From assembly GCA_965178125.1 (NCBI GenBank), contig OZ237740.1, positions 930,001-994,000 on the forward strand: a stretch of 64,000 bases of DNA. The letters run 5' to 3'. Shown here one piece after another: positions 27,301-39,677 of the stretch (the stretch's first letter is position 1; the number at the start of each line of letters is the position of its first letter). Both the position numbers and the translations under genes were made by a program. The notes under the pieces were generated by a model. That model made no database searches, was not told the DNA's origin, and saw only the letters and a list, made by a program, of their open reading frames with translations. The DNA is from Bilabrum cf. latius. Lineage: Eukaryota.

Positions 27301-30300
27301 AAGTACCAGCTCTAGCAGACCCTCCTGCTCGTTGAGCTCTTCGACGGCCATTCCTTTGGTTCTTGGCCCCTCCCTTCGCACGAGACAGACCGGAAAGTCG
27401 TCGACCATAGCCCATACGAGCTCGAACATTCTGCTCGGATTGTGGCCCTGCTTCAGGCACCTTGCCGCTTTGCGGGCGTAGACCAGGCGAAGATGCCTTT
27501 GATCCGATCTTGTGAGGATGCTAGTCAGCAACCGCAGAGCCTTGCCCTTGATGTCCTTGGGAGCAGCAGTCCCTGCCTCCTTCTTCGAGAGGAGAGATTC
27601 CTCCGGCACCTGCCTGGCCTCGAACTGGCTGATGGCCTCCCCTGCCGGCCCGAAAGGATCCTCGTCAACCTCTGCCTCTTCCCCCGCGTCAGCCGCATCC
27701 GCTGACTTGGACTCCGAGGCCCCACCAGACGCTTCGGCCTTGTCTGCGTCTGGCGTCATGGTAGCCTCCGTGGGCTCACCGCCTACCACGAGCGGCGGGA
27801 GCACGCTCGTGAACGGCTCCCGCCCGTTCGACACGAGCCTCCAGAGGGCCCTGGCCACCACCGGCACCACCCGGAAGGAAGTTTCCGCGATATTCCCGAG
27901 CCTCTCAAGCAGATTGATGATGTCGTCCGACACCTCCGACCGCGGAATGGCAGCGAGCCTGCCGACCAACGCTGCTAGCTGGGGCGGCTTCATGTCCAAC
28001 GCCAGGGTTCGCAGCAGGCCGACCGCTTGCTCCGTTTCTTCCCGCCTTGCGCCCTGCCTGAATCCAAAGCTCCAGATGCGGTCAAACACGGTCTCAGGGA
28101 CGAGCTTGGCTCGAATGAAGGACTTGAGCAGACCGGGCAGGGCCTAGAGCAGCCCGCCGTGGGTCGTCCTCGGATCAAGCACGAAGTCGAGGTACCCTCC
28201 TGCCTTCACCCTATCGAACACCTCTTCCACCGTGAGGTTCTACACGTTCTGTTCTCTCACTGCCTCGGAGGCCTTGGCGTAGATGCCCATCCCGACCATT
28301 CGGGCCTTGAGCACGTCGTTCTGGAAGACAGCGTCAGCCACATCCAGCGAAGCGGCCTCTAGCACGCCGATTGCCTCTTTCTCAGGTACGGCTCGCTGGC
28401 AAACAAGCCTCATGGGCCCAAAGATTCTCTGCATCTCGTCTAGACCAACCTTGCGGGCGTTCTGCAGCCCCATGCATGCGCACCACCGGACCATGGCAGA
28501 AGAGAACACGGGGAACAGCTCCCGCAAGAAGTTCTTGTTGAACGCATGGTGGCAATCGAAGAGGTTCTCCACATAAAAAACGATGTCTTCGTACGCTACT
28601 GCTCCCGCTGCGTCTTTCTTTGCCTTCACAACGTCGCGCTCCTTGGGCTCCTCACCAAGGGCAGCCACGGCGATGGACTGCTACTCAGCGAGGAAAGCTT
28701 CCTTGTCAACGCCCATCGACGCAATGGCCTTGTCAGCATTCGACAGGATTCGAGCTGCGATCTCCGACTCTCGAAAGGCCTTGGCCCCCTTGGGAAGGTC
28801 GCCGCAGCAGAGCATCTTTGAGAGGAGGGTCTTGAACCCCCCGCTGAGGAAAAGGCATCTGACGACCCTGTCAAAGAACGGGCTCGAGTGGGCCTTGTAA
28901 GGATACCTCGAAAGAACGATCGCATCATCAGCTGCGTCAAAGAGGGGGGTTCCCTCCGGCAGAGGCGGGTCCGCGCTGTCGTCAACAGGTGCATCGGTGG
29001 CGTCGCACAGAGGCACCACTACGTCGTGGTACAGGGTGGTCTGCCGCCCACGGCCCGCAGGACATTTCGCGAGGCCGAACGTTCGGACTGGTGCGGTGCG
29101 GGTCTTGTGCGTCTGCACCCCTGGGTCCGCTGTGCGCACCCAGAGCAGTTGGTCGTAGGATGTACCCTGGGGCTTGACTTGAACCCAGTGCACGGGGGCG
29201 CCTTCCGGGCCCCCTCCAGTCGCCTCGATCTCCTTGATCTTTTCTGCTTCGGTCTTCTTCTTGTCCTCGCCGGCTTCCTTTTTGCCATCAGTGGCGCTGG
29301 GGTCCGCTGCCGCGGCAGAAGAGCTTGCCTCGGCCTCCTTGGTGCCACCTCCAGCAGCAGCGTCAGCGTCTGCAGGCGCGGGTGGTGCACCAATGACCGT
29401 GGCCGTCGGGATGCCCTCTTCGTCGATGCCATCGGCGGCAGCAGCCGTGAATGGGACCACTGCAGTAGAAATGGGCCCCGTGCTAATAGGGGTGAATGCC
29501 GACCCGGTGGAACCAGTGCCTGCTGCTGCCGCCCCGCCGCGAGCAGCAGCACCCCCCGTGTGAGCCTGGGCTGAAGACGATGCCTTCTGCACGGAAGGAG
29601 GGGCCTCCTCCTGCCGCCAGACGCGCTTGACCAGTGCGGGCCTCCACATGTACGTGCCTACCTTTGTGAGGAAATCGATCGTGTCGCCCTCCTTGAGCTC
29701 GCTCCTCCACTTTTCCTCGTCCCGCTTGTGCACCTCTTCCACCTCGGGCACACGGGACCCCGGTGGCATGACTCTCGGGGAGGACCGGTCGAAGGTGCGG
29801 TCCCTTGCGATGGCGGTAGGCACACCGATCAGGTCTACCTGCAGCTCGTCGTCGGCTTTGTTGATCTTCTCTACGTTCGCGCGACACCTGCGGCAGCAAA
29901 TAGTGGGGCTAGAGGGGACTGGTGAGGCATTGCGGTGGCGGGTCTGCTGGAGGGCATCCGTCAGCTAGTGCTATCTAAGTGGGTGGCATGTGTGCTTTGT
30001 CGGTTGATGCAGTCACAGTGCGTGCCAGGGCGGCGTCTCACCAAACGTTTGCCTCCGTCATGAAGACATCTACCTAGTCTCCCTCCTTCACACCCTTCCT
30101 CCACTCTTCCTGCTCGACGCATGAAGCAGGAATCTTGTCCTGTTCAATGCTACCGTAATTTTTATATACCCTCTGAGCGGGGCTGAGGATCTTGGCAGCC
30201 AGAGTCCGAAGATCATCTTTCTTGGACTAGCTCAGCCCTGCAGCGCAGGCGGACTGGATGATGTACTCGAAGCACTTGATGACTGCTTCTGCGTGTTCGT

Positions 30301-30823
30301 CCTTCTCGTATCTGCGGCGTACAAGCTAGTTTGATGCATTGATGCGCTTGATTGCAATGCTCGGACACCCCAGATGACCAGACAAACTGGGCCGTCCTTA
30401 CTTCGTGATGAGCAACTTGTTCACGGACTGCAAGCACTTTGCTCTGTTGATTGAGTTGTCCTTCTGCAAGCCATACTCGATTTGGCCCCGAATTGCTTCG
30501 CAGGCCTCGACCACAACTTCCTCTGGCGCTGCCTCGCCATACTCTGCGAAACGATGTTCTCGCTGCCAAGTGTTGGGCATCATAGCTGACTTGAATTAAG
30601 CATATATGCATTGCCGTTGGGTTTAAAGGGCATATGATAATACATAAATCAAGTCTAGCACAACTAAGTTCCATAACAGTCTGCTGTGTAAACGATGAAG
30701 GGCCAAGAACAGGGCCGACGGGATCTTCTCCAGAGCAAGCTCACTGATCTTGTCGAGGGATTTGTACGCGGCTCCCAGCCGCTCTGATGGTGTTTTGTCA
30801 GAATCCCCTCCATTTGATGCCAT
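18310..30823 (-). CDS. Ubiquitin carboxyl-terminal hydrolase, USP34/USP24/USP9-like (~4,036 aa); three 5' introns
   Basis: Cys box GYRNLGCICYMNAMMQQL, QQDAEEY and His box VVVHTGTANSGHYYSFIR lie in 21301-23241. Ten same-frame ORFs are joined only by TAG. Ends with a WVCRKC...CHNC zinc finger and TGA at 18310-18312. The spliced length is divisible by 3. Confidence 0.9.
29888..30041 (-). other. Intron 3 of the USP gene
   Basis: GTGAGA donor and TTTGCTGCCGCAG acceptor. The join gives EANVWCRANVEK. Confidence 0.75.
30312..30401 (-). other. Intron 2 of the USP gene
   Basis: GTAAGG donor and GCCGCAG acceptor. The join gives KLLITKYEKDE and removes an in-frame TAA. Confidence 0.75.
30586..30744 (-). 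other. Intron 1 of the USP gene
   Basis: GTGAGC donor, AT-rich body and TCAG acceptor. The phase-1 join gives SLDKITMMPNTW. Confidence 0.65.
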
Positions 30824-31470
30824 GATGTAAGCCGGTGCCTCGAAATGATCGCAACACACGGTCTGAAACAGCCCGCTTTGCAGAATCTGCAATAACCGCG
30901 ATTCTTCATAATTACTCGTTATAAAAAAAACACATTCGTCTTGTTCGTCCTGCGTCCGAGCTTTGGACGTCCCATGTAGCTCCTATTGGACTTCTCTTGG
31001 TCAGTTTATAGTATATTTACTGACCATCGGCATTATCCTTCCACATGCTCAAATTGGATCCCGCCCGCCGGCAATGAAGTGAATCGTCAGCTGCCGTGCA
31101 TTACCGCCCCCCAGCGGTTGCAACGACACGGAGCCGTCATGTGGCGCAGGCAATTAGTTTCCCGATCCGACGCAAACACGAGAAACGTATGCACTAGCAC
31201 CAACTACTAGCGAGAGCGATTTCTCCGCGTACTGGGGCTGGGCCCCTGCAGGCCTTGTTAACAGGCCTCGTCGTATCATGCTCCTTTCCTGGTAGTGAGC
31301 GTGCACAGGGTCATGCATCATTTCCCGGTAGCACTCCTTAGTGCAGGCACTAGTAGGGCACATGTACATCACATCACCACGAGCACTTGCTTAGGGAGGA
31401 CCTCCGCACCCTTCGTGAACCGGAATCGGTTGCTGGTGGTGGCCCCGCATATCCAACTTGCATCCACAAG

Positions 31471-31984
31471 TCATCGCCGCCTGGTAGGCTCGAAACCAGG
31501 CATATTTTCAGTTCTGGCCATCTCCGCTTTCTTGTTCAACTGGTCTCGTTTCTCGATATACTGCGGTGAACGCAAAGCGTGCACGTCAACAAAGAATCAG
31601 TGGGTCGTCAGGTGCCGTTCGAGGACCAATTGATACCAAACACACCAAGTAGCTCACCTAGTCAGTTACTTTCTACAGTGCTTCCCTGCCCACAACCACC
31701 ATTCTTGCTACGAGTAGCGGGTCCTTCTCGTTCCTAGCTTCGTCGAACTCCGCTCTTGCATTCTTCGCTAGCACCTCTCCCCAATCCCTACCTTTTTCAT
31801 CCGTCCAGTCAAACATTTTCGCAGCACGGAGGATGTCACGGTACAGCCGAATCGCTTCAACATTTCGTTGGCCTCCCACCAAGTCAGGTGGCTGCGCTAC
31901 CGAAGTGCTACGAACGCGTGCACGGCAAGCGCAGTGATGTATTAAACGACCTTGAACCGTCCTCAACCGGGAAGTGTATCGCAT
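31471..31984 (-). CDS. Complex 1 LYR-motif family protein (138 aa, likely mitochondrial); intron 31561-31657
   Basis: IRLYRDILRAAKMFDW...ARAEFDEARNEKDPLLVARMVVVGREAL, then *KVTD* | intron GTGAGC...CCGCAG | YIEKRDQLNKK... ending in TGA. The N-terminus is Arg-rich and presequence-like. Confidence 0.8.
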
Positions 31985-32108
31985 TGCTTAAAAATGGGGC
32001 GATTTTTGCTAAATCATGCGTGGCCACTCGTCACGTCAACACGGCAAACTGCAACTGCGAGAGCACAAAGTTATTGGTTCAAGCTAAGTGCACTAGACTG
32101 GATATACA

Positions 32109-33170
32109 ATGCCTCGATCCGTACGAAGACCTAAACGTTCAGGCACTGGCCGTGTGTCGCGACCTATCCCCAAAAAGAACATGAAGATGGGTCCTGGCGT
32201 CCAAGGCAAATGGCGCATGGACCAGACCGCTTTGCAGAACGCAGAGAGACTTGGTTTAAGCGTTGATGCGAATGAGCGCGACTCTCTTACGCATGCGCAT
32301 GTTTTGGGCAAGCGAGCAGCTGCTGGAGACGAAGTTGTGCTCGGCAGCCTGGCTGCCGCCCGGTCAACGGGGAAGATAGTTTCTCATGTGCCTAGTTGGA
32401 GGCCAAAGTTCCACATGACCGAGGATCAGATCGATTACATCAAGAAGCTGCAGGCGCGGCACGGCGACAATGTTTCTGCCATGGCTCGAGACATGAAGAG
32501 GAACTACTTGCAGAAGCCGGCCTCGAGTTTGCGCCGGTCAATCGACAAGCTGCGTGAGTTTGAAGCCTGGCTTGCCGCAAAGGCCTAGGCGGAAGAAGGT
32601 GGCGGTGCAGGCGGTGGATCTGGTCCCGAGCTGCCGAAGCAGGCTGCGGCAAGCGGGGCGGGTGCGTCGGACTCTGTTGGAAGCTCGGGGTAGAGCGCCC
32701 CCGACGGCAGCGGCCGCAGCGCGAAGCGACGGCGCCGCATGGTCAAGGTGGAAGGCGCGGCAGCGGCAGGCGTCCCCGAGGAAAGAGAGTACATGGGTGA
32801 GCTAACGGAGCGAAAGCTGGCCCGGATCGCTCCCGCCAGCTCCTCGAGCGCCAAGACGCTCATGAAGATGGCCACGGTGCTGGAGAGGCAGGCGGCGCCC
32901 AAGCCCAGGGACTCATCCACGAGGGGAAGCAAGGCCCCTTAGAAGGCAGAGAGGCAGTAGAAGATTGCAGAGATCAGGGAGAGCAAGCGCGCCGACGTGG
33001 AGGCGCTTCGGGCAGTGGCCGAGAAGGAGAAGAAGGCTGTGCGTAGGAGAATCAAGGAGGCCCAAAAGGTCGCCAAGAAAGAGCTAGCAGAGGCTGGCGC
33101 AGCTCTTTCCGGGGCATCATCCTCCTCCTCTTCTACGTCCTCTGGCGCAGCCAAGTCGCCTACTACGTGA
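32109..33170 (+). CDS. NOP16: Nucleolar protein 16 (60S biogenesis) with C-terminal extension, 353 aa
   Basis: W...QTALQNAERLGL and IKKLQARHGDNVSAMARDMKRNYLQK match Nop16 motifs. The frame continues through four TAGs to TGA at 33168-33170. Confidence 0.8.
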
Positions 33171-33294
33171 TGGGTGGAGTCCAAAATCAACAAAGATACC
33201 TGATATCAAGTCTGTGCACGCAAATGAAGTCTGTGCAAAGGTGCATCCCCGGCACAACAACCGGCCGGAAAGGTCGTAGTCTGTGCCGCGCATG

Positions 33295-34494
33295 TCACTG
33301 CCGCGTTCCCGCCATCAACTCACCTGGCGCGTCGTCTTGCCCCAAGTCGCGCTCGGACCTGCTGCTAGCCAGGCTGCGCTCCTCCCTGTTGCTCAGCTGG
33401 AACCATTCCTCGGCCCGAACCGGTGCCGCCTAGTGGTGGCGATCACACGACGGTTGGTACATGTCCGCGTCACCGATCGCAACCACGTCCACGTTACTCC
33501 CACTGCCGCCTGCCGGCGGCTGCGGTTGGTCGCGCTCTAGCCGCTGCGTTAGCCTGGCGGCGGCACCGCAACCGCCGGCTCCCTTCCGACCCCGAGACCC
33601 AGGAACCGCGCCGTGGGTGCAGCTAGAATGCAGCCGCACGACGCGTCCCGGACGCAGTGCCTTCTCTTCCGGCTGCGTGGCTGCTTCTGCTTCTTGCAGC
33701 GCGCGGTGCACCTGCATCAAGCCGCCGAACTCTTCCCCCCTGAAGTCGAGGTCGAGGCCCGAGAGGAGGAGCCGCGCCCCGGGGGTGTTTAGCGCGTGGT
33801 CCACGGCGCGCAGCAAGGAGGAGGGTCTGAAAAACTGAGCCTCATCGATTGCTAGCAGTGATCTAGCCCCAAGCACAGCACTGTCTCCAGTGGACAGGTC
33901 AAGCAGAGCCTCCAGTTCGTTGGATGTCGCGGGGACAACGCCATCGATCTTCTGCCCATCGCGAGACTGGAGGGTTTTCCACTACGTAGTTGGGCCCATC
34001 TAGTATGTGAGGATACGCTTGCTGCCCCCGCCGGTCATGTCGCCGACTTGCCAGCTTTGAACCAGACACTCTGCGGCAGCCAGGTCTTCGGGCGCGATGC
34101 TGTCATCGGTAGCTGCAGGGGCGAAGTCTGGGGAATCATCTCTGTCACCATGCCTAAGTCTTCTGGCAACACCGCACGCCCACCGTACCGCGGCGCGCAT
34201 GTGACCAACGCCCTTCTGGTCCGCAGCAGCCGGACTCGAGAGCTGAACTTGAATTGGGTGCTCCCACCGAGTATCCACCGTGCTCTTTATCAATACCACC
34301 CTGTCGATATTACTATTGGCATGAGTCGCCTCGCGTACTGCTCTGATAAACCTCGACGTTTTCCCGCTGTACATTGGTCCGGAGAAGCACAACACCTTCT
34401 CTCGAGTCGTCCATGAAGTCACACCCGAATGCAAAAAGCGCCATCTTCTCCCAGCTTGCTGCGCTTTCGTCAAGCATGCTTTACCTCGAATCAT
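33295..34494 (-). CDS. TK1: Thymidine kinase (TK1 family), ~399 aa, possible organellar presequence
   Basis: GPMYSGKTS, IKSTVDTRW, QSRDG, AIDEAQFF, SGLDLDFRGEEFG, IGDADMYQPSCDRH. The two halves are in frame across two TAGs. The 3' end is uncertain because a possible GTGAGT donor lies near 33323. Confidence 0.85.
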
Positions 34495-34692
34495 CTTAGA
34501 TGGTGATTCATATTCCCTGTAAATGCACTCGTTTGGGTTTTCAGCGATTGTATTTCAGCTCCGGGCGAAAGAGGTCGAAAATCAACGCCAATTTTTGCCA
34601 AGCAATTTTGGCTTGTTCTCTTTCATTTATTGGAGAAAGATAGTCCATATTCTTTAGAATTGTCGATATCTATCCGTGTCGGCCCGAATGAG

Positions 34693-37600
34693 ATGAGTTT
34701 ATCCGCCCGGGTGTGCTCGGTGTGCTTTGCTGCCTGTGCAGCGCTCGCAATGGTCCGTGCGAAGGTGCTGCAGAGAATGAACAACCTTTTGTGTAAGTCG
34801 TATGCGGTACTTTGTAGCCGTATGTTGCTCATTCACCGAAAACTTTTGTCCCTTACTGCGACAACCCTGCTCTTCTTGACGCAGCGAGCTGGGAGTATCA
34901 AGACGGTCACAAAGATGGCTGGGGAGCACAGACAGCCGACAGCTCTGGCATTGAATTGCATTCTTGGGGAGGATACTTGCGGGGGGAGATCGTGTCTAGA
35001 CGGCCGTATCTCGACTCTCCCTTATTGCGCGTTGAGGCAACGGACCGGACCACCCTGTCCATTTCAATGCGCTACAATGGTGCCTCTGCAACGACCGGGG
35101 CTCTGCTTGTTCGACTTACACCCAATGGGACCGACTTTCCCCCTCCTGTGTACGGCACTGGATCTCCGGTATGGCCTAGCGATGATGATGCACTTGGGAC
35201 CCTGTTCCCAGCGCCTGGCTCCACCGAATAGGATGAGGGCCCGGCATCCAGGGCCGTGCTCCTGCCGGATGGATCCATGGCGTGGCTCGTGCAGTTCAAT
35301 CTTATTGGTGATGGCTAGATCCGGCAGTACAATGTTCCTTTGGCCCCCTATCCCCAGCGCAACGACTGGCGGGTCTCGCACAACGCAAGCAGCACCGCAG
35401 CGGCCGTGCCGTTCCGGGATGGCTCGATTCCCACCCGAGACGGTCTGCCCACGGGTCTTGGGGGCATGGTGACACAGGTCAGGCTCTGGCCCGGCATGCA
35501 CCCGAATGCCAGCGCTGAGGTACGCGATGGCGTGATCGGGGCTGGGGGTGCTTCGCCCGGGCACTCGTTCGAGATCGACAGCATCCGCCTGTACGAGGCA
35601 CCGAGCATCCTACGGGTGCGAGGGTGCGTGAGGGTGCAGCCAGTGCCCGAGGTTCTGGACCCAAGGGTGCATGCCTACTCCACCTGGGGCTACGGCAGCG
35701 TCGAATCCCAGAATCTAGAGGCCATCGCTCTCCAGGCGGGCGGCGAGATTCCCCCACCCCGAGGAATCGAGAAGCTGGACTCGTACTTGCACGGTCCGGG
35801 TACCCTTGCAGCTGCTCGTAGGCACGTTCCCAGCCTCATGCAGTCGGTGCAGGCCCCGCCCCCCTCGATGGAATCCTCGGTGACGGGGAGGTATCCGGTA
35901 CTAGAGGGTGCCTTCTCGCCGCGGACAGCGGCCCATGAGCAGCCGTTGCTGCCTCCCCCCAACACGCTATTCGTACGAGCCGCGGGCACATCAGCGGAGC
36001 AGCACTTTATAACGGCTCACAACGCCACGCACCTGCGTGGGCTGGGCAGCGACCGGGCCTTTGACCCGCGGGACGGCGCCCTCTTGTCCGCGTCCGCTGA
36101 AGCTGCGGCGGCCGCTTGGGTCGCTGGCGTCGGCCAGTACGGCCCGTGGGACCAGGGTCAGCTTGCCCTGGCCGCCATGACTGCTTCTCGGGAAGGATCC
36201 TACGCGGTGCAGGCGGCCAGGGAGGCGCTCCCCGACGATGCTGAGCTCGACGGTGCAGTGGGTCTGCTGGCTCCGGGATACTACGCCCCCCCTGCACCTG
36301 CATCGGGGGCACCCGCCGCCTGGACGGAATCGGTCCGGTCAGTGTCTCAGCGCCCCTTCACGGCCACATACGGGTGCTAGCGTGCAGGCGGCGATCGGAT
36401 CCGGATCGAAGGCCTCTACCTTGGTGAAGGAGACGCCGTTCGCGTGTCGATCGGGGGCAGGCCCTGCACGGACGCCATCCACCTCGTGGACCAGGAGGTC
36501 ATCGAGTGCACGGCTCCTCCCGGGGAGGGCGAGCAGGCGTGGGTCACGGTGAGCGACGCACGCTCGCCGGGACTGAGCGACAGCCGCCCGTTCTTCTCCT
36601 ACGCCGAGGGACTCACGCCGCCCATCGCGTTCGTTCGGAACGTCGGCGCTCTCCATGCCGATGTGGCTGTCCGCCCGCACAGCCTGTGGGACGCGCTGGC
36701 CACTACGGGCTACGTGGTGCAGGCAAGAGCAGCCCTCACTGCCCCGGAGATCCTCCTCGCGTTCGGGACGGTGAATGCCACCGAGCTGCCCCTGCCGCCG
36801 AGGCCGCCGCCGCTGCGCATCAACAGGGACGGGCAGGCGGAGTTCGCCACACTGTCGGGCGAGCCCGAGGATTTCGCTTACTTGAGGGTGGAAGGTGACG
36901 GCGAGAGGGATTCGGGCGCCATCCTGTTGCCCTACGATCCGTACCAGGGTCCCGTCAGCCCAGATGCTGCTGCTGACGATCCAGATGGCGTCGATCACAC
37001 TGGTGGCGGGCGGTTCGACGCCCTCGTGACATCGGCCGCATACTAGTCCGACCAAGGAAGGGGCGGCTGGGGACCGTGGGTCACCGTGGCGGTCGCTTCT
37101 AACGTCAGCGTGGTGAGCATCGCGGGCCTGAGGCGGGGCCACATGCACCAGGTGCGGGTCGCCGCCATGACAGAGGACACCGTGTCTGCCGGAGCCTCAC
37201 GACAGTGGCAGCTCACCGACTACAACGGGCAACGTGCTCGCATGGGCCAGTCGGTGCGCGGGCCGTGGGGACCGCCGTCCAGGATCTTCCGGACGCTGGA
37301 CTTTGATATCGACTTTGAGTACTTCAACGCTAATTCTACGCTGGCCCATGGGCCTGTCGACAGGGATGATGGCTGGGGCTCCATGCCGTTCGAGGGAGGT
37401 GCATGGGCGGTACCAGATGCAGGTGTGGGGCACGCATTTGCCCCGGCCGACGGTGTGTTCGCCCGGCAAGGGTCTGGCTCGGGTCGCGCCGGCCGTCCTA
37501 TCGCCGGCCAGGCAAGCGTGGCCTCGTCAACGCAGTCCAAGACCCTTGCGGAAACAGAGGCAGAGCTAGGTTACAAGCAGTCTGGCGGACGAGTCCCGTC

Positions 37601-39677
37601 GGTGGGGCCTCTCGGCAACGCCAGGGGGGAGGGGCAGTTTGGCCTGCTGCTGGTAGGCTCGGCCCAGATCGCCGGGTGCAACGCGTCCCACGCGTGCTGC
37701 GACGGATACGCTGTGGGTGGCATGGACGTGGACCAGGACGGCGTTGCGGATGATGTCACCGCGTTCGCCCCTCGCCACTGGGAACTGACCGACCCGGAGG
37801 AGCACCCATTCGCCCACTACGATGACCGCAGTGGTGCAGTGTCTGCTCTGCAGTTTGCCCGCAGCATGGAGGAGTACCTGCTGAATGTGAGCTCTCCCCT
37901 GATCCTTCCAGATGCAGTGCAAGCCATTGTGAATGCGAGCGTCGTCAGACAACTCGCTCCTGATGCGAGGGCCCCCATCATTGCTGAGGCTGTGTCGCAG
38001 AGCGATGGGGCCGCGCAGCAGCTGGCTGATGCCATCGTGGATGCCCTTGAAAGGGAGGACATAGTGTGGGCTGGACCTGAAGGTGGGCGGCCCTACACGT
38101 CAGAGAGCTTGTTCCGGGAGACTGGGGGCGGCTCGGCCGAAGCTGCCACAATCGGAGGGCAGTACAGTGCGGGGCAGCCAGGGCTGCAGCACCTGGACGT
38201 CAAGGGTAACCGGGCAGCCAGACGAATAGTAGTGGAGCAAATGCTCTTCGATGCTGCTCGATAGCAGTTCCTACGCGAGAAGCATGGGTTCACAGCGAAG
38301 CGGGACGCGGCGGCCGCTGCGCTGCTCGCTTCCAACGGAACTTCGCGCGGCGCGAACGCGAGCGTTCCTCAGTGGACTTCGTGCGTGCTTGCGTGCGCCG
38401 CGCCCGCCCGGCTCCGTGCCGGTGCCAAGAACGGCTTGGACGTGCGTGGCAGCGGGGCCTCCGCCTCGTGGGCACCAGCCATGGACTACTCCCTCAGCGG
38501 CGACGCAAAGGGAGCGCAGCTGCCAGTGGGGCTCGTGGCGGCCCCACTCGCCCGGAACGGGACCAGTGCAGCAATGCAGGGTTCGGTGGGCGCGCAGCAG
38601 CTCGCTAGGGGTGACCTGGGCGCGCTGTCCACGTACATGGACAGCGAAGGCAGGGAGATTGTGCTCGGCATCCACAGCGGAGAGAATTCTACGTCGTCGG
38701 GTGGGGGTGAGAGGAACAACGCTACTGACCCAGCAGCCTTCGATGCCATCGCGCGCCGGACGGACGCGGCCACGCCGAGGTACGCAGGCCACCTGTGGGT
38801 GGGCCCTCCCGTGATGCTCTCCAGGCCGCCGCTCGGTGCGTGCGGGCCTGCCCTGAGGCTGACCGGTTCGCACCCGAGACAGACTGGGGCGGCGTGGTAC
38901 GCGCGTCCGCAGCAGGTGCGGGAGGGCTTCGAGGCCTCGTTCCACTTCAGAATATCCTCGCCCAGCGTGCATTGCGCACGGATGGATGACGCGTTCACTC
39001 GGTGCAGGAGCAGAGGTGGCGATGGCTTCGCATTTGTTCTGCAGGCCCAGTCGCCCACTGCCATGGGGCGGGGCGGCAACGGACTGGGGTACAGCGGGAT
39101 CCCAGGGTCGGTCGCTGTCGAGTTCGACACGCACTACTCTGATTCCCTGTTGGATCCGTGGGAGAACCACGTTTCCGTCCACGTGAGTCCGAGCACCACG
39201 GGTCGCGTGAGATCCCACCACGCCTCTAGCCTCGGGCATGCGTTCGAGAACGTGCCCGACCTGACCGATGGCGTGCACGAGGCGAGGGTGGTGTACGAGC
39301 CCGCGCTGAGGGAGCAAGACGTCTTGTCTGATGCCTTTGTGGGGGATGCACCCGCTGCTGCCACGCTCCTCGCCTCGCAGCACAAGGGACTGCGGCCCCT
39401 CTCTCAGGGCGAGGACATTCGCGGCAAGAGCCTACTCGGCAGAGGTCTTGGTAGCCTGTCGGTTTTTATGGATGGAGCGGCAAAGCCATCGCTGATTGTG
39501 CCCCTGGACCTAGAATCTGTCCTCGCGACGGACAATGGGCGGGCCTGGGTGGGATTCACCGCGGCGACGGGGGCAGACGTGTGGCAGGTTCACGATATCC
39601 TCGAGTGGAGGCTCACGCAGTTGAGGCGACCCTTGTTAGCGATCAAGCAGCCAATGCTAGCTCCGGATGGCCTGTAA
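34693..39677 (+). CDS. Secreted IPT/TIG + fibronectin-III + L-type (legume) lectin domain protein, ~1,630 aa; intron 34793-34884
   Basis: Signal-like MSLSARVCSVCFAACAALAMVRA and a GTAAGT...GCAG intron. GGDRIRIEG...VSIGGRPC...IECTAPPG (IPT); GLRRGHMHQVRVAA (FN3); GDGFAFVLQ, VAVEFDTHY and AWVGFTAATG (lectin). Fragments are joined by TAG only; ends in TAA. Confidence 0.8.

Noticed and set aside
31154-31372. 72-aa minus-strand ORF between the LYR and USP genes
   Set aside because: It has no recognisable motif or other support. A small gene or ncRNA cannot be excluded.
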